From Leucoraja erinacea (taxonomy: Eukaryota), in the NCBI RefSeq assembly GCF_028641065.1, contig NC_073412.1, positions 11,718,001 through 11,782,000 on the forward strand: a stretch of DNA of 64,000 nt, read 5' to 3'. The notes beneath the pieces are model-generated. The model was not told the DNA's origin and made no database searches. It was given only the letters and a program-made list of their open reading frames with translations. Positions 24,764 through 38,484 of the stretch are shown here, piece after piece (the stretch's first letter is position 1; each line of letters begins with the position of its first letter). The translations under genes were made by a program, and so were the position numbers.

Positions 24764-26024
24764 TCTTGCCGGAATCAATTAACCTGCCACTGAGCAGAAA
24801 CAAAACATTCTTTGCACAGCCGATGATCGGATGCACTTGATTTATCCACCATGTTATTCAAGGAGGTACACAAATCTGACATCCACTGATCTTTGTGGAG
24901 CATGCAAGACTCTTCAGTACTCCCAGATGGAATTCAGAGCTGAGACATTAAACAACAGTAATATGCCCTGCTATTGTAAACAGCAAAATATGCCAAATGT
25001 ATATTGCTAGTTGGCTTCATACAGTGATGATGGCAACTCACCTTTCTCCATCCATCTCTGCTACAGCAAGCACCCATCCCCAATGCTCCTTTCTGCTCCC
25101 AGCCCTTACTCCCAACTACACCAGTGAACTGGCACTACCAAGCCACATTTATACTCGAGAAGGGTACTCAATTCACTAAAGTACAAGTAGATAAGCAGTA
25201 ATTAAATGATGAAGAACCTTTAAAATAACTTTTAAAATAAGGCTGAGATGACGCATTGGAAAGATGAAAGCAAGAACCATGGTTGAAGTCTGTAGCCCAG
25301 GCACCATCTGACATCATCCACAGATTCACCAGCTTCCACTGTTCATCATATGGGGGCAGGACAGGTACCACTGGCCACTCTGCAGCAACTCATTATGACA
25401 CCTAGAGCACCCAGCAAGCTCCTTGCCCATTTTCTTCAGCATGCTACACGGAGCTGGAACTGGCTATATGGTTATATCCCTTAGTGTTGCCCTATCAGCT
25501 ATTTAATAGATCGTATACCTACGAGACTGCATTGACGATAGTCCATTGAGATTAATCCAATTTCAATTTGAGTAAAGACATCACTATTTGAGCTTGATTA
25601 AACTAGTAACAGAATACTGGACAATTTGGCTTTATGATTCCAATTATAACAGCTTTAAACATGATAGTTGTAATATTTTGCAACAATGATTATTTGACAT
25701 ATTTTGAAATATTGTTCATTGTTAAAACCCCCCACTATATTTGTAGCAGCATTACTGCAGGATTAATGGAACAACTTAGGACAACATTTGAACCTGTCAT
25801 TTTATTTTAGTCCAACTAATGGCAGAAAATCAATCGTAAAATGATCTGAAATTCCGTCCATGCCTAGGCTTTGCTAAACATGATGGGGATCAGACTAGTT
25901 TGGCAAGAGCCAGACACTTGTATCTGTCTTACAGACAAATATATTTGCAGAAAATAGTCTGTATGGCAAAACCACATCACCTGTGCATGCAGCACGAAAT
26001 GCGATTTGAAGAAAAAAACATTTT

Positions 26025-26310
26025 GGTTTAGTTTAGAGATACAGAGCAGAATGTAGCCATCGGCCTATCGAATCCGCGCCGATCAGCGATTCCCGTACAC
26101 TAACACTACCCTACACACACTAGAGATAATTTACAATTATACTAAGCCAATTAACCTACAAACCTGTACGTATTTAGTGTGGGAAGAAACCAGAGATCCC
26201 GGAGAAAACCCACCCACAGGGAGAATGTGCAAACTCCGTATAGACAGCACCCACGGTCAAGATCGAACCCGGGTCTCTAGTGCTGTAAGGCAGCACCTCT
26301 ACTGTGCCGT
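26025..26310 (-). mobile_element. HE1/V-type SINE
   Basis: Reverse complement of the V-SINE core (tgcaaactccgtatagacagcaccc...gatcgaacccgggtctct). Confidence 0.85.
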
Positions 26311-26769
26311 CCCGTACTTCTTCACACAAATTCTCTTAGAGCAAATTCTATTCCACATCTCAAAATTTCCCTGCAAGGGACAATTTCTGTAATGTGTAGG
26401 TCATTGGAGTTTGCAATCAAAATATTATGCTGCCATTGTATTTACCGAGTAACTAACTACACCTACACCAACTGAAAGCACGTGGCCAGTTCTCCTCTGA
26501 AGCTCTTCTAGCAACCCTTTCTCATAAAGGAAAATAGACAACTATTTCAGGTTTCTCTTGCAAACTGTCTCCCCTCTGGGCCAACTGGGCTTTGGCTTTT
26601 TGTTCAGATTGTAACCTTGACTTTAACACAGGGGCTAAATCGCTGAGGCAGATGCAAGATTAGCTAAACTTAGTGTCATTACGGGGATACATCACACGTA
26701 ACTTACATTTGTATCGTATCCTTCAAATTTAAAAAACATATTGTGATGCATTGCAGTTGAGGTGTACCA

Positions 26770-27370
26770 TTATAGACAATAGATAATAGACAATAGGCTG
26801 CATGAGTAGGCCATTCGGATCTTCGAGCCAGCACCTCCATTCAAAGTGATCATGGCTGATCATCCCCAATTAGTACCCTGTTCCTGCCTTCTCCCCATAT
26901 CCCGACTCCGCTATTTTTAAGAGCCCTATCTAGCTCTCTCTTGAAAGCATCCAGAGAACCTGCCTCCACCGCCCTCTGAGGCACTCTCCACTCTCTGTGA
27001 GAAAAGGTGTTTCCTCCGTTCTAAATGGCTTACTCCTTATTCTTAAACTGTGGCCCCTGGTTCTGGACTCCCCCAACATCGGGAACATGTTTCCTGCCTC
27101 TAGTGTGTCCAAACCCTTAATAATCTTATATGTTTCAATGAAATCCCCTCTCATCCTTCTGAACTCCAGAGTGTACAAGTCCAGCTGCTCCATTCCCTCA
27201 GCATATGACAGTCCCGTCATTCCGGGAATTAATCTTGTAAACCTACGCTGCACTCCCTCAAAGGCAAGAATGTCCTTCCTCAAATTAGGGGACCAGAACT
27301 GCACACAATACTCCAGGTGTGGGCTCACTATGGCTCTGTACAACTGCAGAAGGACCTCTTTGCCCCTATA
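26770..27370 (-). mobile_element. CR1 LINE 3' fragment
   Basis: 137-aa ORF YRAIVSPHLEYCVQFWSPNLRKDIL...; (agacaat)n tail at the low end. Confidence 0.92.
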
Positions 27371-28394
27371 TTATTACAGATTTAAAAAAAATTCAGGCAG
27401 ACAATGTGGTAATGACCAAACAATTCTACAAATATTGATTGTAAAGTTAATATTGGCTAGCACGCATGGGATAATGACCATCCTTATTGTAAATACAACA
27501 AGGAGTCTTTTACATCCTTCCTGCCGAACCTTCACTATAAACTTCTCAATGAGAGGAATAATGGGAGGGATCGTTCACTTGCAGCTGATCTAAGCCAGCC
27601 CGTAAAAAGGAGAAAAGACGCCGAGTGCTGGAGTAACTCAGCAGATCAGGCAGCAACCTAACCCCAAGAGAGAACATGGATAGGTGATGTTCTGAGACCC
27701 TTCTTCACACAGATTGTGGGGTGGTGGGGGGGGGGGGAGGAGAGAAAGCTGGACGAGAGGAGGGGCACTACAAAGCCCAGCAGGTAATAGGTCGACACAG
27801 GTGAGGAGGGTTATTTGATAGGCAGATGGTTGGACAAAGGCCAGAACGAATAGACAAAAAGATGCGAGACGTAAGGATTGAATAGTTGTGAAGTTAGAGG
27901 AGGGAATAGGTTAAAAGAGAAATAGGTGGACAAAGGGGATAAGGTAGGTGGTTATGTAGTTACCTAAAATTGGAGAATTCAATGTCATACCATTGAAAGG
28001 AAGTTAGACACTCACCCTGACCCCTGGAACCCACTCTACAGGAAGGCAACGGAGAACTGGGTTGAAAGTTGAAACCGTTTATGTGTATGGGCGCATTTAA
28101 TAACCATATATTATCAATATATATTTTCCAGGACTAAGTGAATAGATTGAATGATGTATAGATTGAATAGATTGATCAGTTCCTACTCCTCCAATTTCAT
28201 CAATATGTTTGCAACACACACACGTGCCTGGAGTGTGGTGGAAACAATATGATAGTGGCATTTAAGAGGCTTTTGGATAGGCACATGGATATGCAGGGAT
28301 TGGAGGAATATGGATCATGAGCAGGCATAGACTAGTTTAACTAGGCATCATATACAGCAGATTGTAGGCAGAGCGGCCACTGTCTGATGTTCTA

Positions 28395-28646
<252 letters not shown>

Positions 28647-28704
28647 TTACCGAGCAAGAAGTAACTGCAATGAGCAATTACACAATGTCAAGAAAAACTG
28701 TACA

Positions 28705-29720
28705 CAATAGACAATAGGCGCAGGAGTAGGCCATTCGGCCCTTCGAGCCAGCACCACCATTCAATGTGATAATGGCTGATCATCCCCAATCAGTACCCTG
28801 TTCCTGCCTTCTCCCCATATCCCCTGACTCCGCTATTTTTAAGAGCCCTATCTAGCTCTCTCTTGAAAGCATCCAGAGAACCTGCCTCCACCGTTCTCCG
28901 AGGCAGAGAATTCCACACTCACCACTCTCTGTGAGAAAAAGTGTTTCCTCGTCTCCGTTCTAAATGGCTTGCTCCTTATTCTTAAACTGTGGCGCCTGGT
29001 TCTGGACTCCCCAACATCGGGAACATGCTTCCTGCCTTTAGCGTGTCCAAGCCCTTAACAATCTTATATGTTTCAATGAGATCCCCTCTCATCCTTCTAA
29101 ACTCCAGAGTGTACAAGCCCAGCTGCTCCATTCTCAAGGCATATGACAGTCCCGCCATCCCAGGAATTAACCTTGTAAACCTACGCTGCACTCCCTCAAT
29201 AGCAAGAATGTCCTTCCTCAAATTAGGGGACCAAAACTGAACACAATACTCTAGGTGTGGTCTCACTAGGGCTCTGTACAACTGCAGAAGGACCTCTTTG
29301 CTCCTATATTCGATTCCTCTTGTTAACTGGGCTTGTATTCACTGGAATTTAGAAGGATGAGAGGGGATCTTATAGAAACATATAAAATTATTAAGGGATT
29401 GGACACGCTAGATGCAGGAAACGTTCCCGATGTTGGGGGGAAGTTCAGAACCAGGGGCCACAGTTTAAGAATAAGGGGTAGGCCATTTAAAACTGAGATG
29501 AGGAAAAACGCTTTCACACAGAGAATTGTGAATTTGTGGAACTCTCTGCCTCAGAAGGCAGTGGAGGCCGATTCACTGGATGCATTCAAAAGAGAGTTAA
29601 AAAGAGCTCTTTGGGCTAGCGGAATCAAGGGGTATGGGGAGAAGGCAGGAACGTGCTACTGATTATGGATGATCAGCCCATGATCACATTGAATGGTGGT
29701 GATGGCTCGAAGGTCCGACC
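28705..29720. mobile_element. Two abutting CR1 3' fragments in opposite orientation (minus about 28705-29322, plus about 29325-29720)
   Basis: ORFs 28982-29281(-) and 29333-29662(+) both encode LEFRRMRGDLIETYKI.KGLDTL.AG. Confidence 0.9.
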
Positions 29721-31045
29721 TATGTAGCTATGAGATTGCAGCTAGAATTCCAGGATGTCAGAGTGGAATGTGCTGCAAAATGTTTCCGATAATTTCTTTT
29801 AAGGGAGTAACGTGGCACGGATCATCATGCTGTGCCATTATATTGTCTATACCAAAATATGCAGTGGTAGAAACAGCCACAGTGGCACAGGGCTATAGAG
29901 GGGGAGAAATACAAAAATGTCACTTCGGACAAGTATTTAAATCACAGATGTTTTCAGAAACAAAAGTTGCGATGCAACTCAAAAAATATTTCATACTACC
30001 GACAGTTAATAAATAAATCTTTATGCCAGCTAGTTATTGGTATAATAAATGAGAACTCACTCTATTGTAATAATTTGCACTAACTTTCTCAATCATTTTA
30101 AATGCAGCATGAAGCTAGTAAATCCTCAGTCGACTATAGAAATTCTCTATGCAATAATTACTTGTTACTAAAATACAGACAGGCTTGGAGGGAATCAAAT
30201 GCATTGCACTTTGATATTTATGTAGATGGAGGAACAAGGTTGGACAGAATCAAGAACAAGAAACTATAGCAAGACTGGTACACTAAACTATCAATGCAGA
30301 GCCCAGGGTTACTCCTCTTGTGCCACACATATCTGCCAGTGGCGTATGGGTGGCAGAAATATTTGCACAGCTCCTTTCAGAGGCTCAAGCAGCCCAGCCC
30401 CAATGCGCTTCAACACTACAGTATTTTTAATAATAATACAGTTGCAATACAGAAACAGTCGGTTACTACAAACAACAAGGGACTCGACCCAAAACGTCAC
30501 CTATTCCGTTTCTCCAGAGATGCTGTCTGATCCACTGAGTTACACCAGCTTTTACAATAATAACATTCACTTTAGTGCTCCTGATCGTGGGATAATTCCC
30601 CTCAGCAAAATAGCATCAAAGGACCTTTTATTTGACCCCACGAGAACAAACAGGTCTCAATCTAGTCCTGCATGAAAGACAGCATTTAAAAAAAATAAAA
30701 CTGGAATCAGGCAGGGTTAGAATAAACGGGTGTTTGATTGCCAGCTGGGGCACACAGTGGGCAGAAGGGCATGTTTCACTGCTGTCTATCTCTACGGTCC
30801 CGTTTCACCGCCGTCTCTCCCCAGGGTCCCGTTTCCCCACTGTGTCTCTCTCTATGATCCTGTTTCAGAGCTGTCTTTCTCCACAATCCCCTTTCCGCGC
30901 TGCATTTATGAATCACTATCTTGGACTACACTGGGAGTATTACTGGAGATAAACCTCTAGGTGGTTTGAACTCAACCATTTGAACAAGAGGCAAAAGTGC
31001 CCCTAGAGAGCCACTAATGTTACAGCACCAGCACCTACAATGCAC

Positions 31046-31160
31046 CTTTCAATCCAATTTTGTGTTTATTCATCGATTCTTTAGCTTCTGGAGGAATAAC
31101 CCAGTTTCCACTTGGTGCTTGGATTGCTGTCACACTCCTCTCCTCCCAACGAATGGGAAC
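31046..31160 (-). CDS. IDH3A: IDH3A exon 4
   Basis: [38 protein letters not shown](G), 115 bp, gcag/gtgcat. Confidence 0.93.
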
Positions 31161-32629
31161 CTGCAAATAAAAGGCAAGGTGCTTGAGAAAATTTGTCATT
31201 TTGTATTTAGTCACAAGGATAACTCATTTATTTCTCCTTTTCTCCCATTGTACCCCCACCCACATACTTGTAGCAAATTACGCAAATCCCCTCAAACAGA
31301 GAGGACGGGACAAAAACAAAATACTGGACGGTATCGGTGGGGAGGGGAACGGGTAACGTTTCTGGTCGACTCAGAGCTGGGGAAAAGGTCAAGATAAAAC
31401 AAAATGGAAAGGTAGAGGAAAACAAAATGGCAGATCTAGAGAAAATAAATGTCAAGAGGGAACGGTGGATGAAGATGACAGTAGCTAAAGACAAGGGCAT
31501 TAACAGTAGAAGGTTTGGCAATGATAAAACAGCGGCCTGCTATTTGAGCGGCCGACACATTTTTCCACATCATCTCAAGCTTGAATAATTCCTGGATCTT
31601 TCTGCAATTGCAGATGATTCCACAGTCCCTATTTGGAGCAACACTAGGCCAATTAGATTAGATTCTGGAGCTAAAGATGCAGCTACACCTACAAGGACAG
31701 TAGTGGTTCACGAAAATGGTTCCCCATAAGCTTCTCAGGGACAGCAGCTAATAGCTTTGCCAGCAATTATCAGATTCCAAACTGCAAACACTGCAAGTCT
31801 CAATGCTGGCAACCCTATTTATAAATGTTGTCCTCACTAAAAGATACAACGACTTGAACTTAATGACTTTTAGAAATGTATTTACTCCGATTATGACCCA
31901 CCCAATTCCAGGAAAGAAATTATGCGTTAAGAGAGTTAGAGGGTATGACGGAATTTGAATTCCGTGTGGGATAAAAGTGATTGTATGGAACTCGTTAGCT
32001 TGAGGATGCCGTGCAGAATCACCATTAAAAAAAATCTCAGGTTACCAGATAGCAAAAATAATTTCAAGCTAAAATGCAAGCGATCGATTAGAAATGTTGG
32101 AAGGAGAGGAAGGAAAAGGAGAATTAATGTGATTTGGATATAGAAAATGTCAAGTGATTTGGCAGGACTCACCTGAACTAATATTACCCACATTATCCTG
32201 CAGCAGCAGTTACCACTTGTGTTGATATATTAGAGGTGGGAGCTTTGGCAATGCTGCCATCTGTAATATTTTAGGTGCTAGAAAAGCATGACACTATCTG
32301 CATTTGACATGGAAACATAGGATTATGTACTAATTTAGTTTATTGTCACATGTACTGAGGTATAGTGAAAAGTTTTGCTAATGCTAATTTATACAGATGC
32401 AAGGCTGAAATACCCAAATAGAAATGGGAAACAACAAAATCTGCTGTGTCTGGATTGCCTGCTATTCATTTAAACACACTCCGAAACCTGGGCCCTCATT
32501 AATACATTTATAAGTCTTCAGAGCAAAGGCAACAGGCAATATTTTAATAATATTCTGTCCTGTGCATCACCCTCTTGACAGCAAATGAAACATGGAAGCC
32601 ATGGCTATCAGGGATGTCATGAAATGTAC

Positions 32630-33750
32630 CCGACTTTCAGAAAGCATTTGATAAGGTCCCACATAGGAGATTAGTGGGCAAAATTAGAGCACATGTTATT
32701 GCGGGTTGGGTACTGACATGGATAGAAAATTGGTTGGCAGACAGGTAACAAATAGTAGGGATTAACGGGTCCCTTTCAGAATGGCAGGCAGTGACTAGTG
32801 GGGTACCGCAACTCTAAGTGCTGGGACCACAGCTATTTTCAATATACATTAATGATTCAGATTAAGGGATTAAAAGTAACATTAGCAAATTTGCAGATGA
32901 CACAAAGCTGGGTCGCAGTGTGACCTATGAAGAGGATGCAGGATAACTTGGACAGGTTGGGTGAGTGGGCAGCAGATGCAGTTATGTGAATCAATGTGAG
33001 GTTATCCACTTTGGTGGCAAAAACAGGAAGGCAGATTATTTTCTGAATAATGTCAAGTTGGGAAAACGGGAAGTTACAACGAGATCTGGGACTCCTTGTT
33101 CATCAGTCACTGAAAGTAAGCAGTGAAGAAAGCTAAGTTCATAACAAGAGGAGTCGAGTATAGGAGCAAAGAGGTCCTTCTGCAGTTGTACAGGGTGCTA
33201 GTGAGACCACAGCTGGAGTATTGTGTGCAGTTTTGGTCTCCTAATTTGAGGAAGGACATTCTTGCTATTGAGGGAGTGCAGCGTAGGTTCATGAGGTTAA
33301 TTCCCAGGATGGCGGGACTGTCATTTGTTGATAGAATGGAGCGGCTGGGCTTGTACTCTGGAATTTAGAAGCATGAGAGGGGATCTTATTGAAACATAAA
33401 ATTATTAAGGGATTGGACACGCTAGAGGGAGGAAACGTGTTCCCAATGTTGTGGGAGTCCAGAACCAGTGGCCACAGTTTAAGAATTAGGCCATTTAGAG
33501 CGGAGATGATGAAAAATCTTTTCACCCAGAGAGTTGTGAATCTGTGGAATTCTCTGCCTCAGTAGGCAGTGGAGGCCAAATCTCTGGATGCTTTCAAGAT
33601 CGTTAGATAGCGCTCTTAAAGATAGCGGAGTCAGGGGATATGGTGAGAAAGCAGAAATGGGGTACTGAATGTGGATGGTCAGTCATGATCACAGTGAATG
33701 GCGGTGCTGGCTCGAAGGGCCGAATGGCCTACTACTGCACCTATTGTCTA
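32630..33750 (+). mobile_element. CR1 LINE RT-to-3' fragment
   Basis: DFQKAFDKVPH, SGVPQ, KFADDTKLG and LEYCVQFWSP motifs with frameshifts; 3' UTR present. Confidence 0.92.
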
Positions 33751-35610
33751 AAACTCTTTAGAACAAGCTAGAGGCTCAAGCAATCAAGTGGATGTCAGAT
33801 GACTGTGGCAGGGCCAGAATACCATCATGCTCTACAAACTGAATATGGGGCTAATTTCGAACAACAATGCATTTCTACCAGATTAGCTCAATGCCTTTTA
33901 CCTCATTTTGAAGAAGCAAAAAAAAATCTATGGAAGACATCATCTTTCTTGCACTACCTTCAGCTCTGGATCATCTTAACAATAAGAACACCCATGTCAG
34001 AAGCTATTCACTAACAGCAGCTCGGGCATTCAGCCCCATGATAATCCACCTCTTCCGGAATTTCTGCGATTGCACTCAGTTTTTATCTGCACTACTCTAG
34101 ATTGCACAACAATATTTACACCAATGTACTATTTTATCTATTTAGCATGCAAAAATTTCATTGCATCCTGGTGCAACTGACAAACATGCCAAGACATTTT
34201 TTAGGGAACCATTTGTCCTCCCTCACCAGAGCTTCTGCTGAAATGCAGAGAAACTTCCCCAAGCGGTTAACTGGTTCCTGTTGCTTTGCCAGGGTTGTTG
34301 GTGTGCTTTATTTATTTTTAGATAGGTTATAGAGTCAGAGTCAAACAACAATTTTGAACCAAAATTAGTCAAGTTGGCTCTTCTTGGAAGCAGTAAGCCA
34401 TTGGTAGTGCTGTGACAGTGACATACACTGGGAGGCGCTGTCTACCATTGCTGTTCAATGGTCGAACCTGAACAGCGATCTTTGGGCATGTGCAAGGTAG
34501 TCTCAGTGTCGGAGAGATAAACCATGGAAACAGGCTTCAGCCCACCAAGTCTATGCTGGCAATACCAAGACCACATTCGTCACATTTGATTCTTCCACCA
34601 ACTCGCTCCAGATTCTACCACTCGCCCTCACACTAGGAGCAACTTACAGCAGACAATTAATTTACCAATCCACGATCTTTGGGATGTGGGAGGAAATCAA
34701 AGCAGCTGGAAGAAAAGCATGTGATCATAGGAAAAATGTGTAGTCTGCTCAGGCAGCCACTCACGGTCAAGATTGAATCAGAGTCTCTGACGTTGTGAAG
34801 CAGTGGTTCTACTTTGTGTCAATTTGAAAACAGTTTTGTTTTAAAAACAACAGCGAACATTAAAATAGAATCTATGGCATCAGGCATAAAATATTTTGCA
34901 GGCAATGGACTATTTCTAAAAAAGTGGTCTGCTATAATGCAAGAATGCACCGTAGTAAACGTATGCGCGTTAAATTTCAAAGCAGGACAGCAAAATACAC
35001 GACATCACAAAACCGTCCCAACTTCTTTTCAAATAGGACTTAAGGTCAGGGAAGAAGAGAGCCATTTGGTCATAGAGTCTCAGAGTGTGGAAGCAGGATT
35101 TCGGCCCAACTTGCCCACACCGGCCAACATGCCACATCTACACTTGTCCCACCTGCCTGCTTTGGCCCATATCCCTCCAAACCCGTCCTATCCTTGTACC
35201 CATCACATGTTAATTCTCATAGGTGCTATTTCAGCAGCACTTCCTCAACAAAGTATAAAAGATTCAATGCACACAATTTCAAAACGGAACTCGAACCCAC
35301 AAGCAACTGGTTTAGAGTCAAGAGCAACAACACAGGACTAAGCTGACAGATAACGGCTGATCTGCGTATGTCAATAAAATCTGAAACTATGTAAAGCAAC
35401 GAGGCCATAACAAGCAAACTGCAATTTGTACCCAGATCCTCACAGGGATTACTAAGAAAATGTGACTAGTTTTAGTAAGAAATATTACAGAAAACAACTT
35501 TGAAAATACCACAGAACCCAATGAGAGAAAAGTTGAAAGTGTAAGATAAAAATCAGATTACATCACATTCAACAACCACATTGTAAAGTATATATGCAAA
35601 AATCATTTAC

Positions 35611-35694
35611 TTCAGCAGTATCAAAGATCTTCATTACAGCGTTAGATATCTCTGGACCAATGCCATCACCGGGGATTAATGTTACAGTTCGTAC
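35611..35694 (-). CDS. IDH3A: IDH3A exon 3
   Basis: [28 protein letters not shown], 84 bp, tttcag/gtaaat. Confidence 0.95.
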
Positions 35695-37102
35695 CTGAAA
35701 CAATTATTGCAATAGTTAGAATAGGTCCCAAGAACGCCAAATCTCAAGCTTTGTTCAATGCTATTTTTAAATTACAATTATATTTTAATTATAATTATAG
35801 TCTGAAGAAGAATCTCGACCCCGAAATGTCGCTTATTCCTTTGCTCCATAGATGCTGCCACGCCCGCTGAGTTTCTCCAGCTTTTTTGTCTACCTTCAAT
35901 TTTTCCAGCATCTGCAGTTCTTTCTTAAACATTATATTTCAGAAGTGCATTATGCAATGATTCCGGTTTCCCAGTTGCTGTAGAAACTATTGTTTGTGTA
36001 ATCAGGCAGCTTTTCCTTGTGTGTACAGTTGATGCTGGAAACCAGAGCCGACTAGTTTTGTATCCGGAATTACAAGCTGATTTAAGGTTATGTTTGTATG
36101 TCAACGTATTTTTAGCACTGTTCACAAAGCATTAACTCACACAGTCATAAACAGTTATTTTTAATCCTGCCTTTTCTTTGTGATTCAACAAACATTCAAC
36201 ATTGGAAGGGTTGCTGGCAGAGTGCGTCGGTGCAGAGACCAACACTGTAACATCGGGAGTGCCACTGTTCATTATCCAACATGTTCATTATATTTCATTA
36301 CTGAAAAATATTAGAAATGTAGGCCAAAGAAAATCATGCATTTATGGAGTCTAAAGGAACTGCAGATGCTGGAATCTTGAGCAAAACACAAAGTGCTGGA
36401 GGAACTCAGTGTGCCAGGCAACATTTGTGAAGGGAATGGACACACAACGTTTCAGGTCAGGACTCTTCATCAGAGTTCCTCCAGCACTTTGGCCCCTGCA
36501 TTTATACTCAAAATGTCATCTTCAGACTGGTTTAAAAGGTTGAAAGTAAGCAAATTCAACGAGATGCACCACGCAAATTAACAGAAAGGGGATCCCTAAA
36601 TCATTCAAACATCTTTGCCTCAGGGAGATTTCACCACTGCTGGAGAAATACTACATGTGACAGAGCTTATTTATCAAGACAGCTGACTGGTAAATCCACT
36701 TGCGTTTTAGAGTACAGATTCAATAGCAGAGCAAGGATTAAGGACAAGATTTAAATGTGAACAGGAGATGTGAGGAGCAGAATCCAATGTCACCAATGAA
36801 GTTAGCCACCATATCTTCCAATCCTATTGTCCTTTTCTTAGTTAATATTTAATGAGAGGCACATCAAATGCTAGAAATGTCTACATTTTTCTATGTCTCT
36901 CAAAACTTGGTGTTTTGTTGATCATTCTTGTTTTTAAAAAACCTGAATTTTCTATTAGATTAGAAAAATGCGAGATGCACGTCCCTTTAAGCATGCTCTG
37001 TCTTTCAATATCATACAATATTATGGCTAGGGTAGGTTTAAAGGGATATGAACTAAACTCAGGTCAGTGGGACTAGAGTAGATAGGGCATGCGGGCTGGC
37101 AT

Positions 37103-37200
37103 GTCTGAAGAAGGGTCTCGACCCGAAACGTCACTCATTCTTCATCTCCAGAGATGCCGCCTGTCCCGCTGAGTTATTGCAGCTTTTTGTTTCTATCTTC
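37103..37200 (+). mobile_element. Penelope-derived short repeat containing a minimal hammerhead-like core (many other copies in window)
   Basis: gt-CTGAAGA-a-GGGTC-tc-GACCC-GAAA-cgtc-ac followed by cattc...ctccagagatgc.gcctgtcccgctgagtta. Related copies at about 3715, 7750, 21320, 35800, 38870, 43778, 47380, 49430, 51712 and 63110. Confidence 0.75.
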
Positions 37201-38424
37201 GGCATGGGTGATTGGGGCCGAAGGGCCTGTTTCCTGCTCTGTATGACTCTCATGGGCAGTCTGGTCTTTGGCATCACCACCACATTTCTGTCTACTCCTC
37301 AAGACACCCAATTCCACGGTATGACTAAACCTTAGTCTTGAATATTCTTAATGTTTATGCATTCACGGATTTCGGGGGTGAATATTTTCAAAGAAACACT
37401 AAAGCAGAAATCTTCCCACAACTCAGCTGGACTGGTTGCCTGGGGCTGGAATTAGAGAGGAACAAAAGTAGCTACACAAAGCCTGTCAGACCATAATTCA
37501 CGTCTGAGAAACTTCATCAGACTTGCCAGAGAGTGTCGTACCCAAAAGGTTAACTGTCTTGCGCCGACCAGAGACAGACAAACCTGTTTCTGAAAGGTTT
37601 GTAATTCTTCATTAACAGACCAATTCTTAAATCATATCATAAAGATGAGCAAGAGTTTTGTATACCAGATTATATGGAGGAAAAGATAGGAAGTTGAATT
37701 ACAATGTTATCCACAATCTGATTGAAAAATGAGGAACATGTCTTATTCCTATCCATGTTCTCCAGAGATGCTGCCTGCCCCACTGAGATCTCCAGCATTT
37801 TGCGTCTTTTTTTTGTAAACCAGCATCTGCACTTCACAATGAGAATACAGACACACAAAACTGCAAATACTGGTTCACAAAAAATACACACAGTGATGGA
37901 GACCTCAGCGTTTCAGGCAGCATCTCTGGAGAACATAGATCGGTGATGTTTTGGGTCAGGACACTTCTTCAGACCCTTTTAAATACAAATCTTGCCTTGG
38001 ACACACATTCAACAAACAAATACAAAATAAAGCACTTCACCGCCTGCAACATATACAGAAAATGACAGCAAAACTCAGCATTTCAGGCAGCACCAGCAGA
38101 AAGAAACAAAGTCAATGTTCATGTCGGAATCCCTTCATGAGAAGATTGATTCTCAGATTAATAGAACTTTTGTTTTCTGCACTGTGACAAAATATTACAG
38201 TGCCTTAAATACTTGTATATTGTTTCTTTTAGGCATATAAGGCACAGCAGAGTCTGTGCCTTATATGCTGCATGCAAATACCAGTTATGGATGTATGATA
38301 ATGCATAAACAACAGCATTGCAGAGAACATCACCCCCAATTAACATAGATCAGCAGAAAGTAGCAACCACAAGATTATTTGTGCAAAGGTCACAGCAACT
38401 CTGTTTGAAAGCTGAAATACTAAC

Positions 38425-38484
38425 ATCAGACATGGTCCTGATGATGGAGTTGTGGCTCTTCACTGCCCCCATTGCACTGAATAC
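38425..38484 (-). CDS. IDH3A: IDH3A exon 2 (mitochondrial presequence)
   Basis: VFSAMGAVKSHNSIIRTMSD, 60 bp, phase 0/0, ctttcag/gttagt. Presequence-like composition and correct position between exons 1 and 3. Confidence 0.75.

Noticed and set aside
31900-32150. Possible L1 ORF2 relic, and a similar one at 1-260
   Set aside because: Only vague compositional resemblance; no diagnostic motif I can defend.
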